Shown: in pieces, positions 1-9,695 of the stretch
How positions within the stretch are numbered: position 1 is the first letter of the stretch
Layout: every line of letters starts with the position of its first letter
From: a virus
Taxonomy: Duplodnaviria; Caudoviricetes
Direction: 5' to 3' (one strand)
IMG/VR virus record: IMGVR_UViG_3300038825_001186
Location: 1 to 34,286 of that record
Length of the DNA stretch: 34,286 nt
Program-made: the position numbers and the translations under genes
The notes under the pieces: model-generated
Databases searched by the model: none
Told to the model about the DNA's origin: nothing
What the model saw: only the letters and a program-made list of their open reading frames with translations

Positions 1-99
1 GTGTAGTCCCTGCTGTAATCGCCTAATGCCGGCCCTGTGCCAGCCTGTAAACCAAACATCGAGCGCGTGCGTTCATTGCCGGCCAATAGATCTGCCAAC
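1..99. repeat. 99-bp exact terminal direct repeat (copy 1); circular assembly overlap
   Basis: 1-99 is identical to 34188-34286, and an ORF reads in frame through the junction. Confidence 0.95.
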
Positions 100-338
100 C
101 CTTCTACTACCGCAGGGTTTTCTTGCGCCTCTGCCAGTATTTGCTCAACGATGCTTTTAGGCTTTTTGATCTTAGCCTTTGCCGGCTTTTCTTGTGCTAC
201 GTCAACCAACGGCTCTAAATCGTTCGCCTCTTCGACCTTTTCCACTGCACTTGGGTTAGGTTCGCCTTTAGCTGCGCCCATCGGTTGGCCCATGTGATCG
301 TATGCCGCATCTACTGTACTGCTCTTACGTTTAGCCAT
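1..338 (-). CDS. 5' part of an origin-spanning hypothetical virion-module protein (~207 aa; continues at 33902-34187)
   Basis: ATG at 338 (MAKRKSSTVDAAYDHMGQPMG...) stays open for 80 codons and joins the 33902..34285 ORF in frame through the terminal overlap. Confidence 0.85.
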   Translation of the reverse strand, partial: MAKRKSSTVDAAYDHMGQPMGAAKGEPNPSAVEKVEEANDLEPLVDVAQEKPAKAKIKKPKSIVEQILAEAQENPAVVEGLADLLAGNERTRSMFGLQAGTGPALGDYSRDY

Positions 339-358
339 GTTTTGCTTTCGTTATGTGT

Positions 359-390
359 GAGCCGGTAAGGAATTGCTCCCCTACCGGCCC
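359..390 (-). terminator. Stable stem-loop after the capsid/decoration genes (terminator-like or mRNA stabiliser)
   Basis: Minus strand GGGCCGGTAGGGGA-GCAA-TTCCTTACCGGCTC: 14-bp stem with G.U pairs and a GNRA loop. No U-tract follows. Confidence 0.6.
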
Positions 391-401
391 GTTTTCACTG
401 C

Positions 402-890
402 TTAGTTACTTACGTTGTTGACAAAGGGGTGCGAGATGCTTGAAAGCGTCTTGCCGCCCGAATCATCCGCAACAGCGTATGCACCGTAAATGACATCGCC
501 AGCTACAACCGCATCGTCAACCGATCCAGCCGTTGAGGTCAGATACAGCTGCGCGCCATCAGCAACGTCACCGCTGGTGATTTCAACCGTGCCGTCAACG
601 CAATACCAACCATACTGGCTGGCAACGTTAGCCGACATAGCTACACCACACTTGCCCACACCATTGGCAGACGCGCGCGTAGTGGTAAAACCAGCACCAT
701 CAATCAACACCAGATCGCCGGCAGCGGTGCTTGCTACGCCTACAGCGTAAACAAATTCGCTCGTCCCATATCCGGGATTGTCAATGTCGCGCGCCTGTAC
801 ACGCGTCCCCAACGGTGCTTCCTGATAGGTTGACGTTTCATCAATGTCCTGATTGAACGTCGCCCCTCCTACCATCTTCCAAGTAGCCAT
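402..890 (-). CDS. Putative capsid decoration/cement protein
   Basis: Directly downstream of the major capsid gene; 162 aa, Gly/Ala/Val-rich beta-type sequence; strong AGGAAGGG RBS. Confidence 0.6.
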   Translation of the reverse strand: MATWKMVGGATFNQDIDETSTYQEAPLGTRVQARDIDNPGYGTSEFVYAVGVASTAAGDLVLIDGAGFTTTRASANGVGKCGVAMSANVASQYGWYCVDGTVEITSGDVADGAQLYLTSTAGSVDDAVVAGDVIYGAYAVADDSGGKTLSSISHPFVNNVSN

Positions 891-911
891 TATATAGTCA
901 CCCTTCCTTTC

Positions 912-1901
912 TTAAATGCCGGTGATATTCGTGGCAACGCCCAAGCGGCGGCGATTGTTCGTAATCTGCTGCACGCCGGCAACCATATAGGCCAGCTGAC
1001 CTAACTGCCCACTGCTCTGCAACGATACAAACGGCGTTTTCTTGAAGTTCGCCTGGCGCATCACACGCAACTGGTGCGAACGCTTGTCCACGAAATATGC
1101 GTGATTAGCGGCAATGTCGTTGTCAGCTACGATTGCAGCACCCATGTAGGCCGGAAACTCTTGACCGTTCAAGCCATTTAGCTGCGTGCCGTTCAACTCA
1201 ACGTATCCCTGCGAGGTTAGCGCAACGCGATACGCGCCGGCAATCGAGTAAGTCGTAAAGATTGCGTCCGTCTTGCCGCCCTGCTTACGAATCGAATCCA
1301 TCACGGCATTAAAACGCGTAATACCGTCAAAGATGTTTGTAGTCGTCTGCGACAAGAACGTGGTAGCAGTGGTATCTTTCTGGTTCTGCCAGAACGTGCT
1401 GGCAGAAGAATCAATACCGCCGATCGTACCCGTGCCGGCATCTGCAATCAAGTCCTGCAAACCAAGCATCGACTTGCCAGACTGCGCGCCACACGCGTCT
1501 TCGTTGATGGTCTTGAGCAAGCTATTCATGGCGTTGTCACCCAACGCACTTAGCAACTCAAATACCTCTTCTGCACCGCTGTTTTCCCAATTTTCCGTAT
1601 CGCTCAACACGATGGGAACAGCGTAGTAACGCCGCTTGTAAAACGCACTCTCAAACGGATCGCGCGGTGACTTGGAAAGCGGATCATACTTGTCGAACGC
1701 TTCAGCCGTTCCAGCACTCGATTCAAGAATGACCTGGATTTCCTTCCCACCGCCATCCACCATCAGAGAGCCGCCACCGCGCTTTCTCAGTGCGTCGATG
1801 ACATTATACGGCTCAAAAATATTGTCGATCTGCGCCGGCTCAATCGTGCGACGAGTCGACGACCAGCGACTATCCCATACTTCACTTGTGGTCTGTGCCA
1901 T
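912..1901 (-). CDS. Major capsid protein (podovirus-type, HK97 fold expected)
   Basis: 329 aa after the scaffold. The pattern IDNIF..N..D.LRKRG..DGG..I, YDPL, E..ENSG.E...LL, GK...GL..., GGID....FWQN, NRRR.GV..I resembles a widespread podovirus capsid family. Confidence 0.85.
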   Translation of the reverse strand: MAQTTSEVWDSRWSSTRRTIEPAQIDNIFEPYNVIDALRKRGGGSLMVDGGGKEIQVILESSAGTAEAFDKYDPLSKSPRDPFESAFYKRRYYAVPIVLSDTENWENSGAEEVFELLSALGDNAMNSLLKTINEDACGAQSGKSMLGLQDLIADAGTGTIGGIDSSASTFWQNQKDTTATTFLSQTTTNIFDGITRFNAVMDSIRKQGGKTDAIFTTYSIAGAYRVALTSQGYVELNGTQLNGLNGQEFPAYMGAAIVADNDIAANHAYFVDKRSHQLRVMRQANFKKTPFVSLQSSGQLGQLAYMVAGVQQITNNRRRLGVATNITGI

Positions 1902-1921
1902 TGTTTTACCTCGTTATGTGC

Positions 1922-2845
1922 CTATTCATACGTCTGGCGTATTTCGTCTAAGGCGGTAGACTTTGATATAACACCACTCGATTGCGTGTTGCGCGCGCCC
2001 GTTGACTGTCCACGCGTTGCCGCACCAGACTTAGCATTACGCCGCTGTGTGCGCTGCGTTTCTCGCGCTTCCCTCGCTTCTTCCGCAGTGCGCCCTGTCC
2101 ACTGACCAACCAACTCGGCCAATGTCCAGTTCTGCCCCGTTTTTGGATTCACCTCGTTCAACGCGTCCCGGTTTCGCTCAATAAACCGCAATGTCGAAGC
2201 ATCTTTACCGATATCTTGCCCAAACACCTCTACCACTTCAGCTATCTGCTTTTGCATTCGCTGCTGCAACTGTGCTTGGTTTTGGCCCTGCAGCTGTTCG
2301 ACCACCTGACGCAACTGGCCTACTTGGTCTAACCCATTTTTCTGTAGTGCCTGTTGTATCTCTTGGCCGATCAAGTTTTGCACATAGTCGATGCCAGCTG
2401 CCTGTTCCATTAATGAACGCTGCTGCTCTGCATCTGTTGCTTGCATGGCTGCACGCCGTAGTGATTCAGCATCTTGCATGGTCTGCTGCTGCACCGTTTG
2501 CGGCTGCGCTTGTTGCTCTTGTAGCTGTTTTAGCTTGGCCGTTTCTTGTGCAACATACTGATCGTGCTGCTGCTTCAACTGGGTGAAATATCTGTCTGCC
2601 TCCCGACGATCACGCTCCAACGGAGATAGGTCGTCATTTGTTGAATTGCGCGTTGATGCGCTTTCTTCTACTTCGACTTCTTCAGCATTAGTCTGCCCTG
2701 CACTCTGTTCTTCGGGGTCGCTTCGGGGTTGATCCAGATCCAGCATCCCCAGGCCCATTTCATTAATGGGTTCTGCAGATCCTTCATTGGTTCCCTCAGT
2801 CGTCTGCCCTTCCGAAACGGCTGGGTCTATTGCCACTTCCGTCAT
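1922..2845 (-). CDS. Capsid scaffolding protein
   Basis: Acidic N-terminus, Gln/Glu-rich coiled coils and basic C-terminus, immediately upstream of the capsid gene. ATG at 2845 is preceded by GAGGTG; the track uses GTG at 2851. Confidence 0.7.
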   Translation of the reverse strand: MTEVAIDPAVSEGQTTEGTNEGSAEPINEMGLGMLDLDQPRSDPEEQSAGQTNAEEVEVEESASTRNSTNDDLSPLERDRREADRYFTQLKQQHDQYVAQETAKLKQLQEQQAQPQTVQQQTMQDAESLRRAAMQATDAEQQRSLMEQAAGIDYVQNLIGQEIQQALQKNGLDQVGQLRQVVEQLQGQNQAQLQQRMQKQIAEVVEVFGQDIGKDASTLRFIERNRDALNEVNPKTGQNWTLAELVGQWTGRTAEEAREARETQRTQRRNAKSGAATRGQSTGARNTQSSGVISKSTALDEIRQTYE

Positions 2846-2860
2846 ACTCACCTCTACATG

Positions 2861-2933
2861 AAAAAACGCGCCAACTATGCCGGTGCAGGGATTAGTGCCG
2901 TAACCCCCACTGACCCGGCACGGTCAGCGCGTT
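2861..2933 (-). promoter_or_regulatory. Structured leader: intrinsic terminator with an alternative two-hairpin fold
   Basis: Long stem AACGCGCTGAC/GTTGGCGCGTT plus GTGCCGG/CCGGCAT ending in a U6 run. The alternative hairpins have complementary loops GTGCCG and CGGCAC. Confidence 0.7.
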
Positions 2934-2972
2934 ATGTTTTGTGTGACCGCGTGGTCACATTGTAAATACTAC

Positions 2973-3440
2973 TTAGTCGTTGTTGTCCGTGAACAACCCT
3001 GGACTCTCTACGTTTCTACTCAGATCGCCTGTTGCGCCCTTATCTACCTTGTCCCAATCAATCTGATCCATGATCTCTTCAACACTATCTGCTGCCAACG
3101 TCTGTGCGCCGGCGCGCCTTTCCATCTGCGCTTTCTGTGCATCAAATGTCTCAGCCTCGATCTGGCTGCGCGTCTTTTGATCGCCCTCTTCTAACCCTAA
3201 CGCCTTTAACTTAGTGCGCTTGTCTGTGGCGTTTTCGTAATACATACCCGTCTGTGGGTCAGGCATTGCTTGGTTATGGCCCTGCGTACACATCAGCCTA
3301 TTAAACGCGCCCATCGAGCCGAAGTTAATGGTCGATTTCTCGCCGCACTCTGGACATTCGCGCTTCTTCATAGGCTGGCCTGTGTAATACACATCCATCT
3401 CAGCATGGCCTAATCCGCATATGTAGTTATGTGTTGGCAT
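2973..3440 (-). CDS. FmdB-like zinc-ribbon protein
   Basis: Likely start is ATG 3440 (MPTHNYICGLGH...ECPECG), 4 nt after the upstream stop. It matches the MPxYxYxC..(C)GH...CPxCG pattern common in phage head operons. Confidence 0.7.
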   Translation of the reverse strand: MPTHNYICGLGHAEMDVYYTGQPMKKRECPECGEKSTINFGSMGAFNRLMCTQGHNQAMPDPQTGMYYENATDKRTKLKALGLEEGDQKTRSQIEAETFDAQKAQMERRAGAQTLAADSVEEIMDQIDWDKVDKGATGDLSRNVESPGLFTDNND

Positions 3441-3444
3441 ATAT

Positions 3445-5733
3445 CTATTCTTCGTTAGCTGTGTAAGCAGCTGCAGCTGCACCAACGCCGACAGGGTATA
3501 ATATCGGTGCAATACCTGCTAATAAATCGCCACTTTCAGGCTTTTCTTTACGCAAATTTTCGTATTCAAATAGCTTCTTACGGTATTCTTGATTGTTTTC
3601 AATCAACTCAGCTTTTTTCTTGATTAATCTTTTTAAATTGTTTTCGTGATATTCTTTTACTTGTTGGTAATTGACTTTATCATATTCACGTTTAGCAAAT
3701 TTCAAATCTTGACTATTGCTTTTTATGGCTGCATTTATCGCATCTATTTCAGGAATCGCTGTTTCCATACTTTGTAAATCCGACTTAGCTTTTCTCTTTT
3801 CTGCTGCTAATCCTTTTGGCGCATCTTGGGGGTCAAATGTTGCATACCTGCTTCTTATTTGAGAAGGATCAAAAACCACATAGATATCAGTCACACCTGC
3901 CCCATCTGAGGTATTTTTAAAAATTGCACCATCATAACCGCCAGCTTCTGCCGTTGCTAACAATTCATTATATGACACATCTCTATATGAATCTCCTTCA
4001 AAATCACGCACAAATGGATTTGTTATTTGCAATTTAACCGGCATAATATTTTCGCCTAAACCACCGCCAATATCTCTTTTTCTTACTTGTCTTTCTAAAT
4101 AATCTTTCTTTTCTAATTCAAAATCTTGCAACTCTTCTTCTAAATACTTGACAGCGTTTTTATCACCTAACGATTTTGCGCGCTGTATTTGTTCTTTTCT
4201 GTTGCTTATTTCAGCGTCAAAATATTCTGAATTTTTATCTGCAAAAAAACTTTCATATCGTTTCTTATCTAATTTTTCTGCATCAGCTAAATCTGCATAT
4301 ACTGTAGCGGTTTCTGGATCAGCAGAAAAAAAGAATCCTCGTCGCGCGCTTGGTGCATCTGTCGTTGCTCCTAGCAATCCCGGATCAAATGACTCGATAT
4401 TGCCTTTTGTGCCATGAAACGCATCTATGTCGAATCCCTGTTTCACCGCTCGATCAAGACGCGCTTTTTCTGCAACATCTAATTGGTCAACAAAATCATT
4501 GTCCAACGTTCGTAATTCTAAAACATTTTCTTGTATTGCTAAATCATACAGTTTTTTGGCTGGCCCTTGACCTGACAACTCGACATCATCAGCAGCAATG
4601 AACTCATCTGATAGTTGCCTTAAAAGTTCATACTCTGTTGTTTCGCCGTTTTTGAATTGATTTAGGATGATGTTAAATCTGTATTGCTCTTCTTCTTCTG
4701 GTATTATTTCTTGTATTTCTTTTCTAATCTTTTCTGTTTCCGCATTAGATTCTGCTATTTTTGCTTTAACTAATGCGCCAGGCGTTTCGCCGGCTGCAAT
4801 TTGTTCTTGTGCTAACTCTACATTGCGCCGCCCTCTGTCCGTTATTGCAGGTTTAGAAACATTGGCCGTTGTCTTTTGCATCTGCCGGGCGCGCGCGTTT
4901 ACGTCAATTATTTCTGCGTTTTTCAGATTGTCTATGATCTGTGGAAAACTTTGAGACAACTCTTTCACTACATCGCCATATTCTGACCTACTGATATGTG
5001 ACATTGGCCCTTGTTCGTCTACTATTGTGCCTTGCCACTTACCTTTTTCTTTTGCCGACTTTGTTAAAAGTAACTGAGCCGGCGCACTCCCATCAGATCG
5101 CATATTAAATTTGACGCGTGCAGGTGCTGGCGTTGTTTCGTTTACAAACTTTGCTAATTCATTTTGTCTTGTTCTATACTGTGTTGCTTCAGCTAACAAA
5201 TCATCTTTTAATGGCCCATCTTCCATTTCTGCAAGAACTGAATCATAAAAATCATTGGTTGGTTTTGACGCATCAACAATATCCTGTGCTTGCTTCGACA
5301 TCTTTGGCATCTTGCTCATCATCGCCGCTGCGCCTATGCCGCCCATAAACTTGCCGGCTTTCCCTACCATCGGAAAAGCATCTTCTACGCCTATAAATGC
5401 GCCTGCCCCCTTGTCTAAAATATCTTGCTCTAATCCCCGACCCAATGCGCTTGCCACTGCGCCAGGCTGCTCAGTAACCGCAGAAACGATGTCGGGTAAT
5501 GTGCGTCTTGCTTGCCGGCCTAACTGCTCTGCCTTGTCCAGCTGACCAATCGACCCAACGACATCAACGCCCGTCTGTATCCCTTCGCCTATAGACTTAG
5601 CTACGCCGCCCGGCGTTTTCAGTATGATCGCTTCTAACAATCGCTGTAAACGCTCTTGCTCGTCTGTAAGCGGTTGCATGCCACGATTGCCAGATGCAAA
5701 TGCCGGCGTTATGTCACCGCTAAATCGGTTCAT
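3445..5733 (-). CDS. 762-aa protein with a C-terminal ADP-ribosyltransferase-like domain (ART-PolyVal-like)
   Basis: Motifs AFHGT...FDP, GFFFS.DP..A..YA, NIMPVKL.I.NP, GYDG.IF.N, YVVFDPSQIRSRYATFDP. Start is coupled to the portal stop (TAATG). Confidence 0.75.
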   Translation of the reverse strand: MNRFSGDITPAFASGNRGMQPLTDEQERLQRLLEAIILKTPGGVAKSIGEGIQTGVDVVGSIGQLDKAEQLGRQARRTLPDIVSAVTEQPGAVASALGRGLEQDILDKGAGAFIGVEDAFPMVGKAGKFMGGIGAAAMMSKMPKMSKQAQDIVDASKPTNDFYDSVLAEMEDGPLKDDLLAEATQYRTRQNELAKFVNETTPAPARVKFNMRSDGSAPAQLLLTKSAKEKGKWQGTIVDEQGPMSHISRSEYGDVVKELSQSFPQIIDNLKNAEIIDVNARARQMQKTTANVSKPAITDRGRRNVELAQEQIAAGETPGALVKAKIAESNAETEKIRKEIQEIIPEEEEQYRFNIILNQFKNGETTEYELLRQLSDEFIAADDVELSGQGPAKKLYDLAIQENVLELRTLDNDFVDQLDVAEKARLDRAVKQGFDIDAFHGTKGNIESFDPGLLGATTDAPSARRGFFFSADPETATVYADLADAEKLDKKRYESFFADKNSEYFDAEISNRKEQIQRAKSLGDKNAVKYLEEELQDFELEKKDYLERQVRKRDIGGGLGENIMPVKLQITNPFVRDFEGDSYRDVSYNELLATAEAGGYDGAIFKNTSDGAGVTDIYVVFDPSQIRSRYATFDPQDAPKGLAAEKRKAKSDLQSMETAIPEIDAINAAIKSNSQDLKFAKREYDKVNYQQVKEYHENNLKRLIKKKAELIENNQEYRKKLFEYENLRKEKPESGDLLAGIAPILYPVGVGAAAAAYTANEE

Positions 5734-7850
5734 TAGCTACGCGCCTGTGCCTCTATCACATCTGATGTGCGCTGCGCGTTTGATCGCACCTGCGCCATTA
5801 GATCCGTTTCGCCTGTACTAGCTGCAGCGGCTCGACCTGCACTAACTGGCCCGGCTGATTCGCCCTGCTGCGATTGCTGTGCGGCCTGTTGATGCTGCTG
5901 CATATGCTGCTGCATCTGCTGATCCAACGCCTGTATCTGCTGTATGGCCTGAGGATTGGCCGGCTGCCCAACCATATCGCGCGCCTGTGCTTGCATTTGC
6001 AGCTGCACATAGACCTGATGCTGCTGGTATTGCGCGTGAACGCCCATGTGCGCTTCGTGGTCTTGCTCTGGCAGCACTTCAATAGGTTCACCCTGCATCA
6101 CCCGGTCATTCTCGTATTGTGCAGCGCGCTCTGCCTCCACGTTGCTCATATCCTGTATAACCGAATCCACATCTTGTATGCCGTTAGCAACAGCGGCCAG
6201 CTTGTCTATTTCCATCTGGTCATAGTTGGGACGCTGCGCTGCATAAGACACAAACGCCATCGTGCGATCACGCTCTAACTGTGCATAAAGCGGTTGCGTG
6301 CTGCCCGTCTTTGTTTCGATGCGATAGTTGTATAGAAAATCGCTGGTGCGTAGTGCGCGTATCACTCGATCATCCCCATCTGGTGCTACGTTTTCAGCAA
6401 AGTTTTCTGGTGTGTATCTTGGATCGCCCATTATTTGAAACGCATTTCGCACAATGTTTTCGTAAAACCCATTTACAGCCGCTTCCATCCACTGCCCGTT
6501 GATCTGTGCAGCTGCAGCCACTACTGCCGCTTCTGTTGCACTGTCCGTTGAGCCGGCTGCCGGCGGTTGCAGTGCAGCTATCTCGCGCTCCATGCCCATA
6601 ACCATGCTGAAATAGTTATACACATCCGGCGGCACGCTTCCCCAGGCTATTTCACGAAAACTGTTTAGGTCTTCTAACCCAATCACCTCACCGTCACGCC
6701 CTGTGCGTAATGTTTCGCCTAATTCGGGATTCTGCTCCAATTCTGCGTTGGAAACTGCGGCCATACGCGATGTACGTTTGAGCATATCCGAAATGCGCGA
6801 TGTCTGTTCAATGATCGCGTTTTGAAGATCCTCCAAATATTTCAAGTGACCTTTGGGGTAAAACGTTTCGGCACTCAGATCAAACTTGATGCACGCAAAC
6901 GGAAACCCCTGCTCAACCAACCACCCGGCTTGGTCTACACCGTTGTCCAGGTCTAACACAGGTTCCGTTGGTTCGCCGGTATCTGGATCAATATCAAAGA
7001 CGGGTTGGTTAAAGGTGTCTACTACTTGTGGGAACACCATCTTGCGATACGGGTGCGGAATATCTTTGATCGGCTTGTCTACGCCGGCAGCAAACGTCAC
7101 CTCGCGCCGCTCGACCCTCATGTGCCACCGCTCCAGCTGCACAAACTCGCCATTAGAAATAGCGTCTGTAATGGCCTGTTGCTCTGCGCTATCGTATCGC
7201 GCACCCATCAGATCGCCATACCCCAACTTGTCTTCCTTCGACATGGCCGTAGGCTTGATGGACTTTTTGTTTTGTATGGTGGGATCGTCTAACAAGAACT
7301 TGAGAGGCACCCAGAACTTTTCACGGATATACCGCTTATCGCCCAACCTGTGTGGACTGCCGGTTGGATCAACGTGAACACAGTGCGGTGCAACGCGCGA
7401 TGCTACAACTAAGTCTTCGGCCATATCGTCATTGGTGACGTATGGAGCGATGATGTCATCGCCTACTGGATTGTAATCAAGTCTGACCCAACCCACGCCG
7501 GTAAACAGCGCGTCGAAAATGGCCTGATGTACGTGTGATTTAAGGTTGCAGATATTCATCCAGCTGGCACTGGCACGCTCTAATATCTCTGCAACACCCT
7601 GGTTTACTTCATCCTCTACACTGAATGATTGCACCGGGTAATTGTGGGCAATCGTGCCGAGTATCTGCCGTACGATGGGATAAAATCGCGAAACCTTTAC
7701 GACATCTTCGCTTCGCAGGTCGCGTATGCGCTTGTCAAATTTCAGGTCATATGCGTCATATAGCTTCTGCCATTCGTCGGCCCGGTCTTTATAGAGCCGG
7801 TCAAGCATCTGACCTTCTGACTTATACCATTTAGCTTCGTATTTGTTCAT
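5733..7850 (-). CDS. Portal protein (P22-like)
   Basis: 705 aa directly after TerL; DAL.TGVGW..L.Y, V.VDP and L.DLQ..I motifs; long Gln-rich C-terminal helix like the P22 barrel. Confidence 0.85.
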   Translation of the reverse strand: MNKYEAKWYKSEGQMLDRLYKDRADEWQKLYDAYDLKFDKRIRDLRSEDVVKVSRFYPIVRQILGTIAHNYPVQSFSVEDEVNQGVAEILERASASWMNICNLKSHVHQAIFDALFTGVGWVRLDYNPVGDDIIAPYVTNDDMAEDLVVASRVAPHCVHVDPTGSPHRLGDKRYIREKFWVPLKFLLDDPTIQNKKSIKPTAMSKEDKLGYGDLMGARYDSAEQQAITDAISNGEFVQLERWHMRVERREVTFAAGVDKPIKDIPHPYRKMVFPQVVDTFNQPVFDIDPDTGEPTEPVLDLDNGVDQAGWLVEQGFPFACIKFDLSAETFYPKGHLKYLEDLQNAIIEQTSRISDMLKRTSRMAAVSNAELEQNPELGETLRTGRDGEVIGLEDLNSFREIAWGSVPPDVYNYFSMVMGMEREIAALQPPAAGSTDSATEAAVVAAAAQINGQWMEAAVNGFYENIVRNAFQIMGDPRYTPENFAENVAPDGDDRVIRALRTSDFLYNYRIETKTGSTQPLYAQLERDRTMAFVSYAAQRPNYDQMEIDKLAAVANGIQDVDSVIQDMSNVEAERAAQYENDRVMQGEPIEVLPEQDHEAHMGVHAQYQQHQVYVQLQMQAQARDMVGQPANPQAIQQIQALDQQMQQHMQQHQQAAQQSQQGESAGPVSAGRAAAASTGETDLMAQVRSNAQRTSDVIEAQARS

Positions 7851-7866
7851 TCATAGTGTATCGTCC

Positions 7867-9246
7867 TTATGCGTACCTGCTACTTGGCTTCTCTGCTATG
7901 ATCTGCTCGATCAACCGCCCTCCGTCAGCAGCAGCAGATTTTGTCCCTTTGCGCGGCTTGTAAACATGATTGATGCCGTATCGTAGCGCATCTGCTCCGT
8001 GGTCATCGCCGCCCTTTGCTACATCTTCCATGTTCCGTGTATCTCTCTGCACACTCAACAGTGAATCCAGTATTGGCTCAGAATACCCCCGAAAAAACTT
8101 GAGCCGGCCATGATGCAGCAAATTGCCTATGTTGCGCCAACCGTTCACCCTATCCATGTTCGCCCGATGCAGGTATACGCCGTTCTCTGTAAACGTATCG
8201 GCCACGGATCTGGCCTGTGACGCTTCCCCTGGCGCGCGCTTCGTCCACATATCGGACGGTGCTAACACTTGCCGCGCTGCGCGTCCTACAACGCCATGCT
8301 TACCACGCGTAAACGGGCAACCCTCGATCATGCGACTGATGCCGCGCGCGTGCTCTGCGCCGGCTCCCGATGCGTAATAGCTGTTTATTACCCACACATC
8401 GTCATCGTAGTCCACAGCGAGAAGGCAGCCGGCAGTAGGATTATTCTCCCCGTAGTCCAGTGCTGCAAATATGACCCAACTATCTGGTATCTCAAACGGA
8501 TCAACCACCAGCGAATCGCGCGATACAGCGAACATTGAACCCGGTGACGCATCCCAATCCCCTTCTAACCATGCTGCTACTAATGCCGGATCACCAACCG
8601 CGTGCAGCCGGTCTATGTATCCCGGATCATTCTCTAACAGTATCTTGTTGTCTTCGACCCGCGCCGGTATGTAGCACCTGACCATACCCGACTTCTTGCA
8701 TCGAAACGGCACATATCCACCTGGCGCACGATCAATGCCAAAGTAGCTTTTCACTTCGGCATGACACCGGCCACCGGGATTAGCCGTTGATACGACCCGT
8801 TTGTTCTTTGCCGGCCCTCGCAGCGTGCCGAGCATCGCCTTATACGCATCAAGACTGCTGTGGTTTGCTAACTCGTCCCACAACAGTATAGAGTACTGAT
8901 GCCCTTGATACCGCGTGACATCGGCCTCGTTGTCCAGATGCCTAAACGACAACTGCGCCCCGTTAGGCCAATGCCACTCACGCCGGCCAACCTTCCATTC
9001 ACCACCCGTTGCCGGGTATATCTCTAAACTCTGCTTGACTACTTCGTCTAACTCTGGATGCGAACGCCTAAACAGGATACCGCGCCAGGCTGCTCCTTGA
9101 TCCAGATCCTGTGCGAAGCTGCCCAGAAGTAGGCTCGTTTTGCCGCCGCCGCGTGCGCCCCCATACAGTAATTCGTCCACAACCTTGCGTGCTGTGATCG
9201 CGTGCAGCTGTGGCCCGACCTGTGGAGACCATACGAAATCGGTCAA
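7867..9246 (-). CDS. terL: Terminase large subunit
   Basis: PQ.GPQ, Walker A YGGARGGGKT, Walker B LLWDE, TANPGG coupling motif, RNase H-like nuclease ALDYG...DHGADALRY. Confidence 0.95.
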   Translation of the reverse strand: MTDFVWSPQVGPQLHAITARKVVDELLYGGARGGGKTSLLLGSFAQDLDQGAAWRGILFRRSHPELDEVVKQSLEIYPATGGEWKVGRREWHWPNGAQLSFRHLDNEADVTRYQGHQYSILLWDELANHSSLDAYKAMLGTLRGPAKNKRVVSTANPGGRCHAEVKSYFGIDRAPGGYVPFRCKKSGMVRCYIPARVEDNKILLENDPGYIDRLHAVGDPALVAAWLEGDWDASPGSMFAVSRDSLVVDPFEIPDSWVIFAALDYGENNPTAGCLLAVDYDDDVWVINSYYASGAGAEHARGISRMIEGCPFTRGKHGVVGRAARQVLAPSDMWTKRAPGEASQARSVADTFTENGVYLHRANMDRVNGWRNIGNLLHHGRLKFFRGYSEPILDSLLSVQRDTRNMEDVAKGGDDHGADALRYGINHVYKPRKGTKSAAADGGRLIEQIIAEKPSSRYA

Positions 9247-9695
9247 TCCTCTAACGCCTCTGCCACTTCAGTGCGCGCTGCTGCCACCTTCCGCTTGATC
9301 TCCAGCCATTCCTCGATGCTGTTAGCTGCCGGCGGCGTATCAATCACGCGCGTTTCGGTCTGGATCGCTCCACCGTTCGCGCCGGTAATCTCTGTGCGCT
9401 CTGACCAATCACTGCGTACGGTCTTATTGTGCGTCAGAAACCACTTAGCGCAGCCGGCATCCCCACTCATGATACCGTCTATAATCGCATTGCGCGCGAT
9501 TTGACCCACGACCTTATCTGCATGCTCTAATGCCTCTTCGACCTGTGGGTATTTCTTGGCGTATCGCCAGACCGTCATGGGATCACACCCCAACACATCA
9601 GCCGCATCAATCCGTGACCCATTAGCTGACATAATCGCGTCTACCATCTCTTCTATGGTAAACTGCTCTGTGTTTGTACCTCTGCGCTTCTTCAT
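9243..9695 (-). CDS. terS: Terminase small subunit
   Basis: N-terminal HTH (AADVLGCDPMTVWRY), AKWFL and EITGANGGAIQ motifs; overlaps the terL start. Confidence 0.8.
   Translation of the reverse strand: MKKRRGTNTEQFTIEEMVDAIMSANGSRIDAADVLGCDPMTVWRYAKKYPQVEEALEHADKVVGQIARNAIIDGIMSGDAGCAKWFLTHNKTVRSDWSERTEITGANGGAIQTETRVIDTPPAANSIEEWLEIKRKVAAARTEVAEALED

Noticed and set aside
1-99. Terminal repeat as a biological direct terminal repeat
   Set aside because: It is exactly 99 bp, a common assembler k-mer size, and falls mid-gene. It is best explained as circular contig overlap.
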